The notes: generated from the sequence alone by a model not told the origin. Counted from the stretch's first letter, positions 1 to 9,101 are shown. The stretch: DNA of 59,125 nt from a virus (IMGVR_UViG_3300036861_000222:1-59125); one strand, 5' to 3'. A program made the numbers and translations.

Positions 1-127
1 GTTCGTCGCGCATAACGCCCGGTATGACGTTGCGATGCTCCGCAAGCACGGGATTCACTTCCCTACACACCTCGTTGACGACACCATGATGTTGAGCCAC
101 GTCGCCAATCCCGCTGTTTCAGTGGGG
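1..127. repeat. Terminal overlap identical to 58999-59125 (circular assembly overlap)
   Basis: Exact 127-nt identity of first and last bases; falls inside the polymerase ORF. Confidence 0.95.
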
Positions 128-1561
128 CTGAAGCAGCAGTCATCACGACACGTTGACAGCCGAGCCGCAGCCATGCAGAGCCAGCTGGACAGCGTGATGC
201 ACTCAGGAGGTTGGAGCTGGGCCACGATCCCTGTAGCGGCCACTGGACCTGTAGCCGCGTACTGGACATACGCCGCTCTCGACCCTGTCTTGACCGTACG
301 TCTGTGGGACCACCACGCGCCTACAGTCCTCAGCGAGGCTCCCAGAGCTTATGACCTAGAACTGGCTGCGGGTTGGATCGCCGATCGCATGGAGCAGGCG
401 GGCGTCCTGGTTGACCGTGAGTACACCTCCGCCCAGCATCGGGACTTCAGCGCGATGTACGACGAGCTGACCAGCCGTGCCCAGGACGAATACGGCGTTG
501 ATGCCGGTTCGAAAGAGCAGATTCTCAAAGTGCTGCTGGCGGACGGCGTGGAGTTGCATAAGAAGACTGACACAGGTGCCTACTCGCTGGACAAGGAAGT
601 GATTGCCTCCCTAGACCACCCGCTGATCCGCGTCATTGAGCAGCGCCGCAAGGTCGAGAAGCTGCAATCGACGTACCTGCGGAGGTTCCTGGAGTACTCG
701 GAGCGCGACAGCCGCCTGCACCCGAACATCAACACACTCGGATTCAAAGAGCAGGCTGCGGGTGCCTTCGGGGTCAAGACTGCCCGTATGTCCATGACGA
801 ACCCGAACCTACAGCAACTGCCGCGAGGGAAGGACCCGCTCTCACGTGTGATCCGCAACTGCGTGATTGCCGAGGAAGGCAAAACGCTCCTCATGGTGGA
901 CTTTGACCAGGTGGAGCTCCGTATCATGGCTCACCTGTCGGCCGACCCGGGGCTGGCTGCTGCGTTCGCCTCGGAAGGCGATTTCTTCACTATCCTGACC
1001 AGGGGTATCTACCACGATCCGACGATCGACAAGGACGACGCCAGGCGACAGCTGACGAAGTCATACGTCTACGCCACGCTGTACGGCGCTGGCAACGAGA
1101 AGCTGGCAGCCACGACGGGCGTGCCGCTTGCGGAGGTTGAGCAGCTGTCCAGAGACTTCGCTTCGTCATACTCTGGAGTGCCCGACTTCCAGCGTGAGGT
1201 GCAGAACCGCGCACGTGAGCGTGCACGCGACGGAGGAGCCCCGTACACCCGATCACCGTTGACGAACCGCAGGTTCGTGGGTGAGGCAGGCAGGGAATAC
1301 GCATTGGTGAACTACACGATCCAGGGCATGGCAGCGGAGATCTTGAAGATGAAGCTGCTAGAGCTGGACGCTGCGGGGCTGGGCTCGTCTATGCGCCTCC
1401 CAGTGCACGACGAAGTGATCCTAGAAGTTGACACCGCTGACGTTCCCGATGTCGTGGCGACCCTGAACGATGTCATGAATGACAACAAGCTGCTGTCTAT
1501 CCCGCTCACAGCGGGAGTATCCATCGGGAACCGATGGGGAGAGAAGGTCGATTATGTCTAG
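1..1561 (+). CDS. polA: Family A DNA polymerase, 3' part (continues from 58751 across the join)
   Basis: TARMS..NPNLQQLP, motif A DFDQVELR, motif B K..VY..LYG, motif C VHDE; ExoII HNARYD at the join. Confidence 0.95.
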   Translation, partial: FVAHNARYDVAMLRKHGIHFPTHLVDDTMMLSHVANPAVSVGLKQQSSRHVDSRAAAMQSQLDSVMHSGGWSWATIPVAATGPVAAYWTYAALDPVLTVRLWDHHAPTVLSEAPRAYDLELAAGWIADRMEQAGVLVDREYTSAQHRDFSAMYDELTSRAQDEYGVDAGSKEQILKVLLADGVELHKKTDTGAYSLDKEVIASLDHPLIRVIEQRRKVEKLQSTYLRRFLEYSERDSRLHPNINTLGFKEQAAGAFGVKTARMSMTNPNLQQLPRGKDPLSRVIRNCVIAEEGKTLLMVDFDQVELRIMAHLSADPGLAAAFASEGDFFTILTRGIYHDPTIDKDDARRQLTKSYVYATLYGAGNEKLAATTGVPLAEVEQLSRDFASSYSGVPDFQREVQNRARERARDGGAPYTRSPLTNRRFVGEAGREYALVNYTIQGMAAEILKMKLLELDAAGLGSSMRLPVHDEVILEVDTADVPDVVATLNDVMNDNKLLSIPLTAGVSIGNRWGEKVDYV

Positions 1562-2078
1562 TTTCGTCGTGATCGGTATCGATCCTGGGCTAAAAACCGG
1601 ATTGTTTGCCTATTATCACGCACCACGGCTTGGAACCTCCACGCCCATTGACCCGTGGACGTGGCCCGAGCAGTTTTCCGCTGACATATCCCCCTTCAAA
1701 CTCCGGGACTACATCAGCGAAGGGATTGGCATGGTAGGGGTCGATAGTGTGCATATCGCCATTGAGCGCTACATCATCACGCAGCGCACTGCCAAGCTGT
1801 CCCAGCAATCGGAGGCGTTGGAGGTGACTGGAGCGGTGAAGGCTATCGCCCAGCTGCACGGGATCACTGACGTGCGTCAGTACCTGAAAGCGAACCTCAA
1901 GTTCGCCTCAGATGACATGCTCAAGGGTGTTGGCTGGTACTCCCCCCAGCTCCGCCACGCCAACGATGCGGCCCGACAGGCGTTCGCACTCTTGAAGGAC
2001 GTTGACCAGGCGCTGTGGTCAGACCTGGTGAAGGATGCTATGATGAAATCCGAAGATGAAGGAAGGACGACACCATGA
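1554..2078 (+). CDS. RuvC-like Holliday junction resolvase
   Basis: N-terminal VIGIDPG..TG, central IAIE, C-terminal HANDAA; start overlaps polA stop. Confidence 0.75.
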   Translation: MSSFVVIGIDPGLKTGLFAYYHAPRLGTSTPIDPWTWPEQFSADISPFKLRDYISEGIGMVGVDSVHIAIERYIITQRTAKLSQQSEALEVTGAVKAIAQLHGITDVRQYLKANLKFASDDMLKGVGWYSPQLRHANDAARQAFALLKDVDQALWSDLVKDAMMKSEDEGRTTP

Positions 2079-4048
2079 CGCAGATTGTAGCCGAGATTGC
2101 CCAGGTAAAGAACGAAGAACGCATCATGCTCCATGGGGTGGAGCGGGACGAGTGGGTGGAAACCCTCTGGAATGACTCCTACCCCATCAAAGAGATCCCT
2201 GGGAAGCGCTGGGAGAAGGACACCAAGCGCTGGACGCTGCCACTGTCATGGGCGTCATGCGTCGTGCTGCGTGCGCAGTTCGGTGAACGCCTCATGGTCG
2301 GGCCGAAGTTGGGGGAGTGGGCGCAGGGGAGCCGATACCGGCGTGAGCGTGCGCTCAGTCTCCGTGAGGCTGTCGAGCCTGTGCAGCCCTACACTCCCGT
2401 CAACGACCACGACGAGAAGCTATACCCGTTTCAGATACCTGGACGTGACTTCCTAGTGACTGCCCGAAATGCTGTACTTGGTGACGAGATGGGGTCTGGC
2501 AAGACTTTCCAGACGATTGCGGCGCTTCGTGTCGTTGGAACCCAGGATGAAGTCATTCACCGCGACACCGAACCAGGCTATGAGGGGATGGGCTGGGTTG
2601 AAAGCGGCGCGTATCCTGCGCTGATCGTCTGCCCCAACACCCTGAAACGAAACTGGGAGCGGGAAATCCGTCAGTGGCTGCCAGAGGCAAAGCCGTTCGT
2701 GATCCACGGGAATGCCACCCAGCGACGCAAGCAGTTGGAAAAAGCGTCGGAAAGCAGCAGGGCGGTGATCATCATGAACACCGAATCCATTCGCCTGCAC
2801 TCGCGCCTGTCGCCGTACGGCTCCACACGCCTGAAGAAGTGCCAGGAGTGCGACCCCAAGGCGGGAACGCCTGACCTCAAAGTTGTTGCGTGCGAGACAC
2901 ACAAAAAGGAACTCAACAACATCCCGTTCAAGGTCTGCGTCCTGGACGAAGCCCATCGGGTGAAGGACCCCAAGGCGCTCCAGACGCGCGCCATCTGGAA
3001 TGTGTTCCACGGTCCCAGCGTCAACTACCGTTGGGCGCTCACCGGAACCCCCGTGGCGAACCACCCAGGAGATATCTGGAGCATCCTGCACACGGTTGAT
3101 CCGAAGAACTTCCCTGCGAAGTCGGCCTTCACCGATCGATACGCGCTCACGGAGCTCAACGCCTTCGGGGGTATGTCCATCATCGGGCTGAACCCGAAGC
3201 GGAAGGAAGAGTTCTTCTCCCTGGTTGATCCCATGTTCCGACGCATGATCAAAGCTGAGGTGCTGACACAGCTCCCTGATAAGACGTTCATGCGTCGTGA
3301 TGTGGAGATGAGCCCCAAGCAGTCAAAGGCGTACGCTGAGATTGAAAAGAACCTGGTCACGGTGCTTGACGATGGTACGGTGCTGGTCGCTGACGGCAAC
3401 CTTGCCGGGGCTACCCGTCTCCTCCAGTTCGCCTCCGCTTACTGCGAGGTTGACAGGGGCGACGAGCCCGATAATCCTGCGTCGTGGACTATGACGCTTA
3501 CCGACCCGTCGCCAAAGGTGGACGAGCTCATGTCCATCATCGAGGACAACCCGGGCAAGCCGCTGGTGATCGCCGCCGAACACCGACAGCTGATCGATCT
3601 CGCAGCCGACCGACTTACGAAGCAGGATATCCCGTTCGCACGGGTCACCGGTGGCGTCTCTGCGGATGAGCGTGACGAAGCGGTGCAGGCATTCCAATCG
3701 GGCAAACTCGACTACATCCTGTTCACGTACAAGGCCGGGGGTGTGGGGCTCAACCTCACGCGTGCTGACACGATGGTACGTCTTCAGCGGTCATGGAGCC
3801 TGGTAGACAACAATCAGGGCGTTGACCGCGTGCACCGTATCGGCTCGGAGGTGCATGAATCCATCACCATCATCGACTTGGTGACGGCTGGCACCATCGA
3901 AGAGACGCAGATTCAGCGCCTCTACGAGAAGGCCGAACGGCTGGAAGAGATCGTGCGCGACCGCGCCAAACTGGAGCGTTTGGGTAAGAGTACTGATGAG
4001 CTTGACGCGGAAGCAACGCGTCTTGAGGCTGGCAACCTGCTGGCATAA
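2075..4048 (+). CDS. SNF2-family (SF2) helicase
   Basis: DEMGSGKT, DEAH, LTGTP, GGVGLNLT, Q..DRVHRIG. Confidence 0.93.
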   Translation: MTQIVAEIAQVKNEERIMLHGVERDEWVETLWNDSYPIKEIPGKRWEKDTKRWTLPLSWASCVVLRAQFGERLMVGPKLGEWAQGSRYRRERALSLREAVEPVQPYTPVNDHDEKLYPFQIPGRDFLVTARNAVLGDEMGSGKTFQTIAALRVVGTQDEVIHRDTEPGYEGMGWVESGAYPALIVCPNTLKRNWEREIRQWLPEAKPFVIHGNATQRRKQLEKASESSRAVIIMNTESIRLHSRLSPYGSTRLKKCQECDPKAGTPDLKVVACETHKKELNNIPFKVCVLDEAHRVKDPKALQTRAIWNVFHGPSVNYRWALTGTPVANHPGDIWSILHTVDPKNFPAKSAFTDRYALTELNAFGGMSIIGLNPKRKEEFFSLVDPMFRRMIKAEVLTQLPDKTFMRRDVEMSPKQSKAYAEIEKNLVTVLDDGTVLVADGNLAGATRLLQFASAYCEVDRGDEPDNPASWTMTLTDPSPKVDELMSIIEDNPGKPLVIAAEHRQLIDLAADRLTKQDIPFARVTGGVSADERDEAVQAFQSGKLDYILFTYKAGGVGLNLTRADTMVRLQRSWSLVDNNQGVDRVHRIGSEVHESITIIDLVTAGTIEETQIQRLYEKAERLEEIVRDRAKLERLGKSTDELDAEATRLEAGNLLA

Positions 4049-4062
4049 GGAGTCAGATCGCC

Positions 4063-4173
4063 GTGAGCGGATCAGTATGGCCCTACGGCCTATGTGTGCT
4101 AGGGCTATTCCTGGTCCTGCTCACGGTGGTGTGGCTACGCGGAAGAGACAAAGAGGGAGGAACTGATACCTAG
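4063..4173 (+). CDS. Small membrane peptide
   Basis: AAGGAG RBS, GTG start, one hydrophobic stretch, 36 aa. Confidence 0.45.
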   Translation: MSGSVWPYGLCVLGLFLVLLTVVWLRGRDKEGGTDT

Positions 4174-4174
4174 T

Positions 4175-4336
4175 ATGCGATATGACAACCCCAAGGCCAC
4201 TCCAGAGTACATCGCCCGGGAGAGGGCCCGAAAGCGGTTGGTAAACCGCCGCGAGTTCGTAGAGAAGTGGTGGCCTCGCATTGAGGCTGAAGTCAGGGAA
4301 GGTGCGTCGCATGAAAACCACAGCGAAACATTTTGA
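4175..4336 (+). CDS. Hypothetical protein (53 aa, MRYDNPKATPEY...)
   Basis: GGAGG RBS, packed between neighbours. Confidence 0.55.
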   Translation: MRYDNPKATPEYIARERARKRLVNRREFVEKWWPRIEAEVREGASHENHSETF

Positions 4337-4502
4337 GTCGGAGAACGGAAAACTGATAGCCGAAGTAGACACGAACCGGATCACAGTCACTAACCGGAAT
4401 GTACGTTACCCGTTCAACACGATGCACATCCCGCATGATGACGTGAAGCCTCTCATTCAGTTCCTGCTAGAAGTAGAGACGGAGATTGAGCATGGGCTCT
4501 GA
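4311..4502 (+). CDS. Hypothetical protein
   Basis: GGAAGG RBS, operon packing. Confidence 0.55.
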   Translation: MKTTAKHFESENGKLIAEVDTNRITVTNRNVRYPFNTMHIPHDDVKPLIQFLLEVETEIEHGL

Positions 4503-5475
4503 AATTCGGCGCATCTCCCAATCGGAGATGAAGACCTTCCTCCGTTGTCGCCGTAAGTGGTGGCTGTCGGAGATTCGTCGTCTCGCCCCCAAGGGCAACG
4601 ACCCCACAGGGCCGCTGCGTTCGGGTTCCCGCGTGCACACTGCTCTGGAGGCTGTCTACACACCAGGAGAAGACCCGTTCGATGCACTGGTGAAAGCTCA
4701 AGGATCGGACCTCAACGCATACTTTTCAGCGGCAGCCAAAGATGGACAGGAGTATGACCAGGCAGTAAACGACACCTTCATCAAGGACTGCGAACTGGAG
4801 CGGATCATGTTGGAGGGGTACCTCCAGTGGATCGCTGAGGAAGGCGTGGACGCTGGACTGGAGGTGATCTCTACCGAAGAGGTCATCACGGTCCCAGGGG
4901 ATCTCTTCGCGCCTGCCCTGGTGGAGGAGTACGGCGATTTTCAGGTCGTCGGCAAAATCGACATGCGACTACTTCGTGTGATGGACGGGAAGCGACTGTT
5001 TCTCGACCACAAAACCGCGCAGTCACTCACCATGAACCTGCCGAGCCTCCAACAAGACCCGCAGATGTTGCACTATCACTGGCTTGAGTGGATGACTGGC
5101 ACCGATGAGCAGTGCGATGGAGCGCTGTACAACGTCCTGAAGAAGGTGAAGCGGACGAAGGCTGCCAAGCCTCCGTTCTACGCGCGATACGAGATTCACC
5201 ACAACAAGGATGAACTCCTTTCCTACGAGATCCGTATGCGCGAGATCATCCGAGACATGTTCGAACTGGAGCGCAAACTCCAGAGCGAAGGCAGCGACGA
5301 GTACGCCGCTCAGTTGGCGTATCCGAATCCGACTCGTGACTGCTCATGGGACTGCCAATTTTTCAACGCGTGTACGCTCTTTGACGACGGATCACGGGTG
5401 GAGGACATGCTTCGGGATCAATTCGTAGAGCGGAACCCGCTGGCGCGTTATGACGCGCCTCCCCCATCCGACTAG
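4492..5475 (+). CDS. RecB/Cas4-like PD-(D/E)XK exonuclease with Fe-S cysteines
   Basis: S.S....F..C.RKW, G..VH..LE, GKID, DHKT, Q...Y, C-terminal CSWDCQFFNAC. Confidence 0.88.
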   Translation: MGSEIRRISQSEMKTFLRCRRKWWLSEIRRLAPKGNDPTGPLRSGSRVHTALEAVYTPGEDPFDALVKAQGSDLNAYFSAAAKDGQEYDQAVNDTFIKDCELERIMLEGYLQWIAEEGVDAGLEVISTEEVITVPGDLFAPALVEEYGDFQVVGKIDMRLLRVMDGKRLFLDHKTAQSLTMNLPSLQQDPQMLHYHWLEWMTGTDEQCDGALYNVLKKVKRTKAAKPPFYARYEIHHNKDELLSYEIRMREIIRDMFELERKLQSEGSDEYAAQLAYPNPTRDCSWDCQFFNACTLFDDGSRVEDMLRDQFVERNPLARYDAPPPSD

Positions 5476-5523
5476 GGGGTATGATAGAATTCAGGTATCA
5501 AAGACGAACGGAGAAAGGATCAA

Positions 5524-6306
5524 ATGACAGAACGAAATCCAAGGCACAATGCGTCGTTTCTGCTCTATGGACGCACGAAGGTAGGGAAGTCCTCCCTTGC
5601 GGCAACATCCCCCGGACCGCTCCTCGCGCTTGACGCGGAGGGTTCTTGGAACGCCTTCGATGGCAGGCGGAACCCGAACAACGAGGGACAGCCGTACCGC
5701 GTCACGTGGTGGGATGACCTCGCGTCACCTCCACCTGCGATGGACGAGCATGACATCTGTGTCGTAGATGTGCAGCGTTGGGAGACGGTTGACCAGGTCA
5801 TCAACTGGGTTATCCGTCCTGACCACCCGTTCCAATCCATCGTGATGGACTCGGTTACCGAGGTCCAGAACCGTTGTAAGAAAGCACTTGTCGGTATCGA
5901 AGGCTTGCAGTATCAGGACTGGGGCAAACTCCTGGCGCACATGTCCGACCGCGTGAAGCGGTTTCGGGACATCGTGAAGGATCGGGACAATCCCGCTCGT
6001 GTCATGGTGTTCACCTCCGAAGGCAAGGCGCAGCAAGATGGGACGTACACCCCGCAGATGGAGGGGTCACTCCGCAACGGCATCGGGTATTGGATGAACA
6101 CCACCGCGTGCCTGCGTATCGCCCAGGTGGCGAACCAAGACGGGATCATCACCGACGACTCACCTACGGTGCGACGCTTGCTGGTGAAACCGCACCCTCT
6201 GTACATCACCGGTTCGCATTTCGAAGACCGGTTCGAAAGCAATACCATCGATAACCCCAACATCACCACGATGATGGGCAAGATCTTCCACGGCTTCCAG
6301 CCGTAA
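5524..6306 (+). CDS. AAA ATPase (AAA_24/Sak4-like recombination ATPase)
   Basis: LLYGRTKVGKS Walker A, LDAEG, IVMDSVT Walker B; between exonuclease and SSB. Confidence 0.8.
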   Translation: MTERNPRHNASFLLYGRTKVGKSSLAATSPGPLLALDAEGSWNAFDGRRNPNNEGQPYRVTWWDDLASPPPAMDEHDICVVDVQRWETVDQVINWVIRPDHPFQSIVMDSVTEVQNRCKKALVGIEGLQYQDWGKLLAHMSDRVKRFRDIVKDRDNPARVMVFTSEGKAQQDGTYTPQMEGSLRNGIGYWMNTTACLRIAQVANQDGIITDDSPTVRRLLVKPHPLYITGSHFEDRFESNTIDNPNITTMMGKIFHGFQP

Positions 6307-6320
6307 CGAAAGGACAGACA

Positions 6321-6854
6321 ATGGCAGACGTGAGCTGGGATGACATCCTGGGAACCGCTGATGAAGCCTTCAACATCCTGCCTGAGGGGCAATACCAGGC
6401 GGTTATCCGTGGGGCCGAATCGAAGGTTTCAAAAAAGAACAACGAGATGGTTGCGTGCACGATCAAAGTGAGCGAGGGTCCCTACGCTGGTAAGGGGATC
6501 GACACCGTATACGTGTCGCGCCCTGGACCCGGTACCGAGCCGGACAGGATGGAAGGTGCGGTGTCCATGTTCATGCGACACCTTAAGGGACTCGGGATCA
6601 GCTTCGACACTCTGAAGGCGCACAAGCCTTCGATGGCGCAGATTGCCCGTGTCGTGGAGGGTAAGCAGATCACCATCGTGGTCAAGCACGAAGAGTTCCC
6701 GAAAGGCAGTGGTGTGATGCAGGCCAAGCACCAGGGCCCGCTGCGCGCACCTGCGAGCGGCGCGGTTGAGGTGACGAGCTTCCCGCCCGTCGCTGCTACC
6801 GCTTCCGCTGGCTCCACGCCTGCGGGTGGGTTCTCCTCGGACCCCGGTTTCTAG
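6321..6854 (+). CDS. Single-stranded DNA-binding protein (DUF669-like)
   Basis: LPEG.Y...I....K.SK....M, low-complexity tail ending DPGF; gene context. Confidence 0.7.
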   Translation: MADVSWDDILGTADEAFNILPEGQYQAVIRGAESKVSKKNNEMVACTIKVSEGPYAGKGIDTVYVSRPGPGTEPDRMEGAVSMFMRHLKGLGISFDTLKAHKPSMAQIARVVEGKQITIVVKHEEFPKGSGVMQAKHQGPLRAPASGAVEVTSFPPVAATASAGSTPAGGFSSDPGF

Positions 6855-6861
6855 ACGATCA

Positions 6862-6887
6862 TGGGGACCCTTCGGGGTCCCCTTTTA
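6862..6887 (+). terminator. Intrinsic terminator
   Basis: GGGGACCC-TTCG-GGGTCCCC followed by TTTT. Confidence 0.8.
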
Positions 6888-6904
6888 CCATGAAAGGACT
6901 ATTC

Positions 6905-7351
6905 ATGCCATTTTGGGTAGCGAAGAACCGACAGAAAGACAAAGACAACGCCTTCGCACGCCGCGCCAAGCGACAGCGTGAGGAGCCGGAACAGGAGCCG
7001 CTGTCGACGCCCGAGGAGACTGACCTCTCTTTGGAGGCAGCCGTTCAGCAGGCCGCATCGGTACTCTCCGAAACCCCCGTGTTGGATGCTGCGGAGGTTC
7101 CCGAAGCAGTATCGGCAACTGAGAACAAGCGTGGACGCAAGCCTTCATCTGCGGTTGCCGCTCGTGAAGCTCGGGTGCTGGAAATCGTGCAGGATTCCGG
7201 CGACGCGGGTGTTTCAAAACCGGACATTGCCCAGGCCATGGAAGAGAAAGAGCAGCAGGTGTACACCTCGCTGCGTAAGCTCGCCCAGGCTGGCAAGGTT
7301 GAGAGCAAGTATGTCTCTGAGGTCAACGGATACCGCTGGTTTACCCTCTGA
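6905..7351 (+). CDS. Winged-helix DNA-binding protein
   Basis: Acidic linker, KRGRKP, C-terminal wHTH (SKPDIAQAM...VYTSLRKL...GKV). Confidence 0.65.
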   Translation: MPFWVAKNRQKDKDNAFARRAKRQREEPEQEPLSTPEETDLSLEAAVQQAASVLSETPVLDAAEVPEAVSATENKRGRKPSSAVAAREARVLEIVQDSGDAGVSKPDIAQAMEEKEQQVYTSLRKLAQAGKVESKYVSEVNGYRWFTL

Positions 7352-7381
7352 CCTGCACGAACGTAGACACTACCCCGGGGG

Positions 7382-7410
7382 TTGACTGCCCCGGGGCATT
7401 ATGTTAGAGT
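7382..7410 (+). promoter_or_regulatory. sigma70/HrdB-type promoter for the tRNA operon
   Basis: TTGACT-17 nt-TAGAGT with extended TG. Confidence 0.7.
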
Positions 7411-7453
7411 ACTCCTATCAGCAAGAACGAAGACACACGACGGAAGGATGCCA

Positions 7454-7519
7454 ATGTCTGACAACACATGGGATGACCTCGATTGGGACAATGGGCAGGA
7501 CATTCCTGTCGGGAAGTAG
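7454..7519 (+). CDS. 21-aa acidic peptide MSDNTWDDLDWDNGQDIPVGK
   Basis: GGAAGG RBS just downstream of the promoter. Confidence 0.4.
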   Translation: MSDNTWDDLDWDNGQDIPVGK

Positions 7520-7551
7520 TACCATCAAGTCCGGGCTTCGGTCCGGCACAA

Positions 7552-7622
7552 GCCTTCGTAGCCTAGTGGCAAGGCAACCGTCTCCAAAGCGATTGACAGA
7601 GGTTCGATTCCTCTCGGGGGTG
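7552..7622 (+). tRNA. tRNA-Trp(CCA)
   Basis: Cloverleaf, loop CT-CCA-AA, TTCGATT T-loop. Confidence 0.85.
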
Positions 7623-7733
7623 CTGAGTGTGTGAGTCCGTACACTTAGAAGGCCAAGCGCTTAACCAGCGTAACGGACTAACCAGCCTAGGTCGCTCCTA
7701 GGACTGGCAAAGGCTCCTGGTGGTTCAGGGGTA

Positions 7734-7806
7734 AACGCGGTAGCTCAATGGTAGAGCAGGGCCCCTAACCCGGGCCCGGATCTGGGTTCGAGTCCCAGTC
7801 GCGTTA
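7734..7806 (+). tRNA. Atypical tRNA, 6-bp anticodon stem, loop CT-AAC-CC (nominal Val-AAC)
   Basis: Canonical acceptor, D and T arms; non-standard anticodon arm. Confidence 0.65.
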
Positions 7807-7920
7807 CGGAAGCGATACCGGCTCCGAGGACGCCCACAGGTAGTCCTCTGACTGGACCTTGAGAGCGTCACTCTCTCAGGGTGTGCGTGACAGGTGTGAT
7901 GGCCTGGGTACGCACTGCGA

Positions 7921-7992
7921 CGCGGGATAGCTTAAAGGTAGAGCACCTGGCTCATAACCAGGATGATGCGGGTTCGACTCCCGCTCCCGCTA
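7921..7992 (+). tRNA. tRNA-Met(CAT), initiator-like C1:U72 mismatch
   Basis: Cloverleaf, loop CT-CAT-AA. Confidence 0.88.
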
Positions 7993-8050
7993 CGAGAACG
8001 GTTCGGAAGGTTCATCGGGGGATGGTCACCTGAATACCGAGCCGTTCGCT

Positions 8051-8133
8051 GGAAAGTCTGAGACTTGGTGTCTCGCCCCGGTTGCTACCTGGGGACATCC
8101 TTCGGGATGACGGTTCGATCCCGTGACTTTCCG
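8051..8133 (+). tRNA. tRNA-Ser(GCT)
   Basis: Long variable arm with TTCG loop, anticodon GCT, G73. Confidence 0.8.
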
Positions 8134-8136
8134 CAT

Positions 8137-8222
8137 GGAGGGTAGCGCGCGTTGGTGCGCAAGCGGTCTTGAAAACCGTGCCAGGGTGAAACCTGAGGGT
8201 TCAACTCCTTTACCCTCCGCCA
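8137..8222 (+). tRNA. tRNA-Ser(TGA)
   Basis: Long variable arm, loop CT-TGA-AA, encoded CCA. Confidence 0.88.
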
Positions 8223-8338
8223 ACTACATAGGCGTTATTCGAGATTCCGCACACCTCCGAATAACGCGCGTGGCTCCCCCAGGACGCCACGTGTACCGGG
8301 TGGGTCTTTCATCTCCACACTTCCCACCCGGTACGAAC

Positions 8339-8418
8339 GGGAGTCCGATGCAGGTGCATCACCCAGCCTGTAAAGCTGGTGTCCATGGACAAGGTTGGTT
8401 CGATACCAACGGCTCCCA
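8339..8418 (+). tRNA. tRNA-Tyr(GTA)
   Basis: Loop CT-GTA-AA, extended variable arm. Confidence 0.82.
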
Positions 8419-8419
8419 C

Positions 8420-8493
8420 GCCGCGTTAGAGTAACGGTTATCTCACCAGGTTCTCAACCTCGGAGACTACGGGTTCGAATCCCGTACGCGGTA
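8420..8493 (+). tRNA. tRNA-Glu(CTC)
   Basis: Loop TT-CTC-AA, cloverleaf. Confidence 0.85.
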
Positions 8494-8502
8494 CGTGAAT
8501 AA

Positions 8503-8575
8503 TCGGTTGTGGTGCAACTGGAAGCACGCTAGGCTTTGGTCCTAGAGGTTCCTGGTTCGAACCCAGGCAGCCGAG
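8503..8575 (+). tRNA. tRNA-Gln(TTG)
   Basis: U1-A72, loop CT-TTG-GT, G73. Confidence 0.85.
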
Positions 8576-8580
8576 CTTGA

Positions 8581-8652
8581 TCCCTGGTAGTTCAGTGGAA
8601 GAACGCCGAGCTGTTAACTCGGATGTCGTTGGTTCGAATCCAGCCCGGGGAG
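8581..8652 (+). tRNA. tRNA-Asn(GTT)
   Basis: Loop CT-GTT-AA. Confidence 0.92.
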
Positions 8653-8671
8653 CGTCACAAGTGAACATTGA

Positions 8672-8745
8672 TGCTTGCTAGCACAATTGGTAGTTGCGTC
8701 CGGCTCTGAACCGGAAGGTTCCTGGTTCGAATCCAGGGTGAGCAG
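8672..8745 (+). tRNA. tRNA-Gln(CTG)
   Basis: Loop CT-CTG-AA. Confidence 0.9.
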
Positions 8746-8826
8746 CGTTGGGGCTATGTGAACGTAAGACTGTCGCAGAGAACGGGCATAGACGTATCTC
8801 ATAAAACGCAGGCACCCCATTGATAA

Positions 8827-8899
8827 GGTCCGTTAGAGTAGTGGTTATCTCACCTGGCTTTCATCCAGGAGAAGACCGGTTCGATCCCGGTACGGACTA
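8827..8899 (+). tRNA. tRNA-Glu(TTC)
   Basis: Loop CT-TTC-AT. Confidence 0.9.
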
Positions 8900-8915
8900 C
8901 GCAAGACAACTTCAT

Positions 8916-8988
8916 GCTTCATTGGCGCAGGGGTTAGCGCAACGGCTTGTCACGCCGTAGGTCGCGGGTTCAAGTCCCGTATGGAGCG
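8916..8988 (+). tRNA. tRNA-Asp(GTC)
   Basis: Loop TT-GTC-AC. Confidence 0.92.
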
Positions 8989-9029
8989 CAAGGCTTCCAA
9001 GTCTTCTAGTCGGTCGCTTGGAAGCCAGA

Positions 9030-9101
9030 CGGGATATGGCCCAGTGGTAAGGCGCTTGCTTTGGGAGCAAGACAGCGGAGGTTCGATTCCTCCTATCCCG
9101 A
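9030..9101 (+). tRNA. tRNA-Pro(TGG)
   Basis: C1-G72, loop TT-TGG-GA. Confidence 0.92.

Noticed and set aside
4492-5475. Cas4 as evidence for a CRISPR system
   Set aside because: Context (AAA ATPase, SSB) is the usual phage recombination module
7734-7806. Amber suppressor (CTA) or bldA-type Leu (TAA) reading of the odd tRNA
   Set aside because: Those registers break the anticodon stem and lack U33; many genes here end in TAG, so no recoding is indicated
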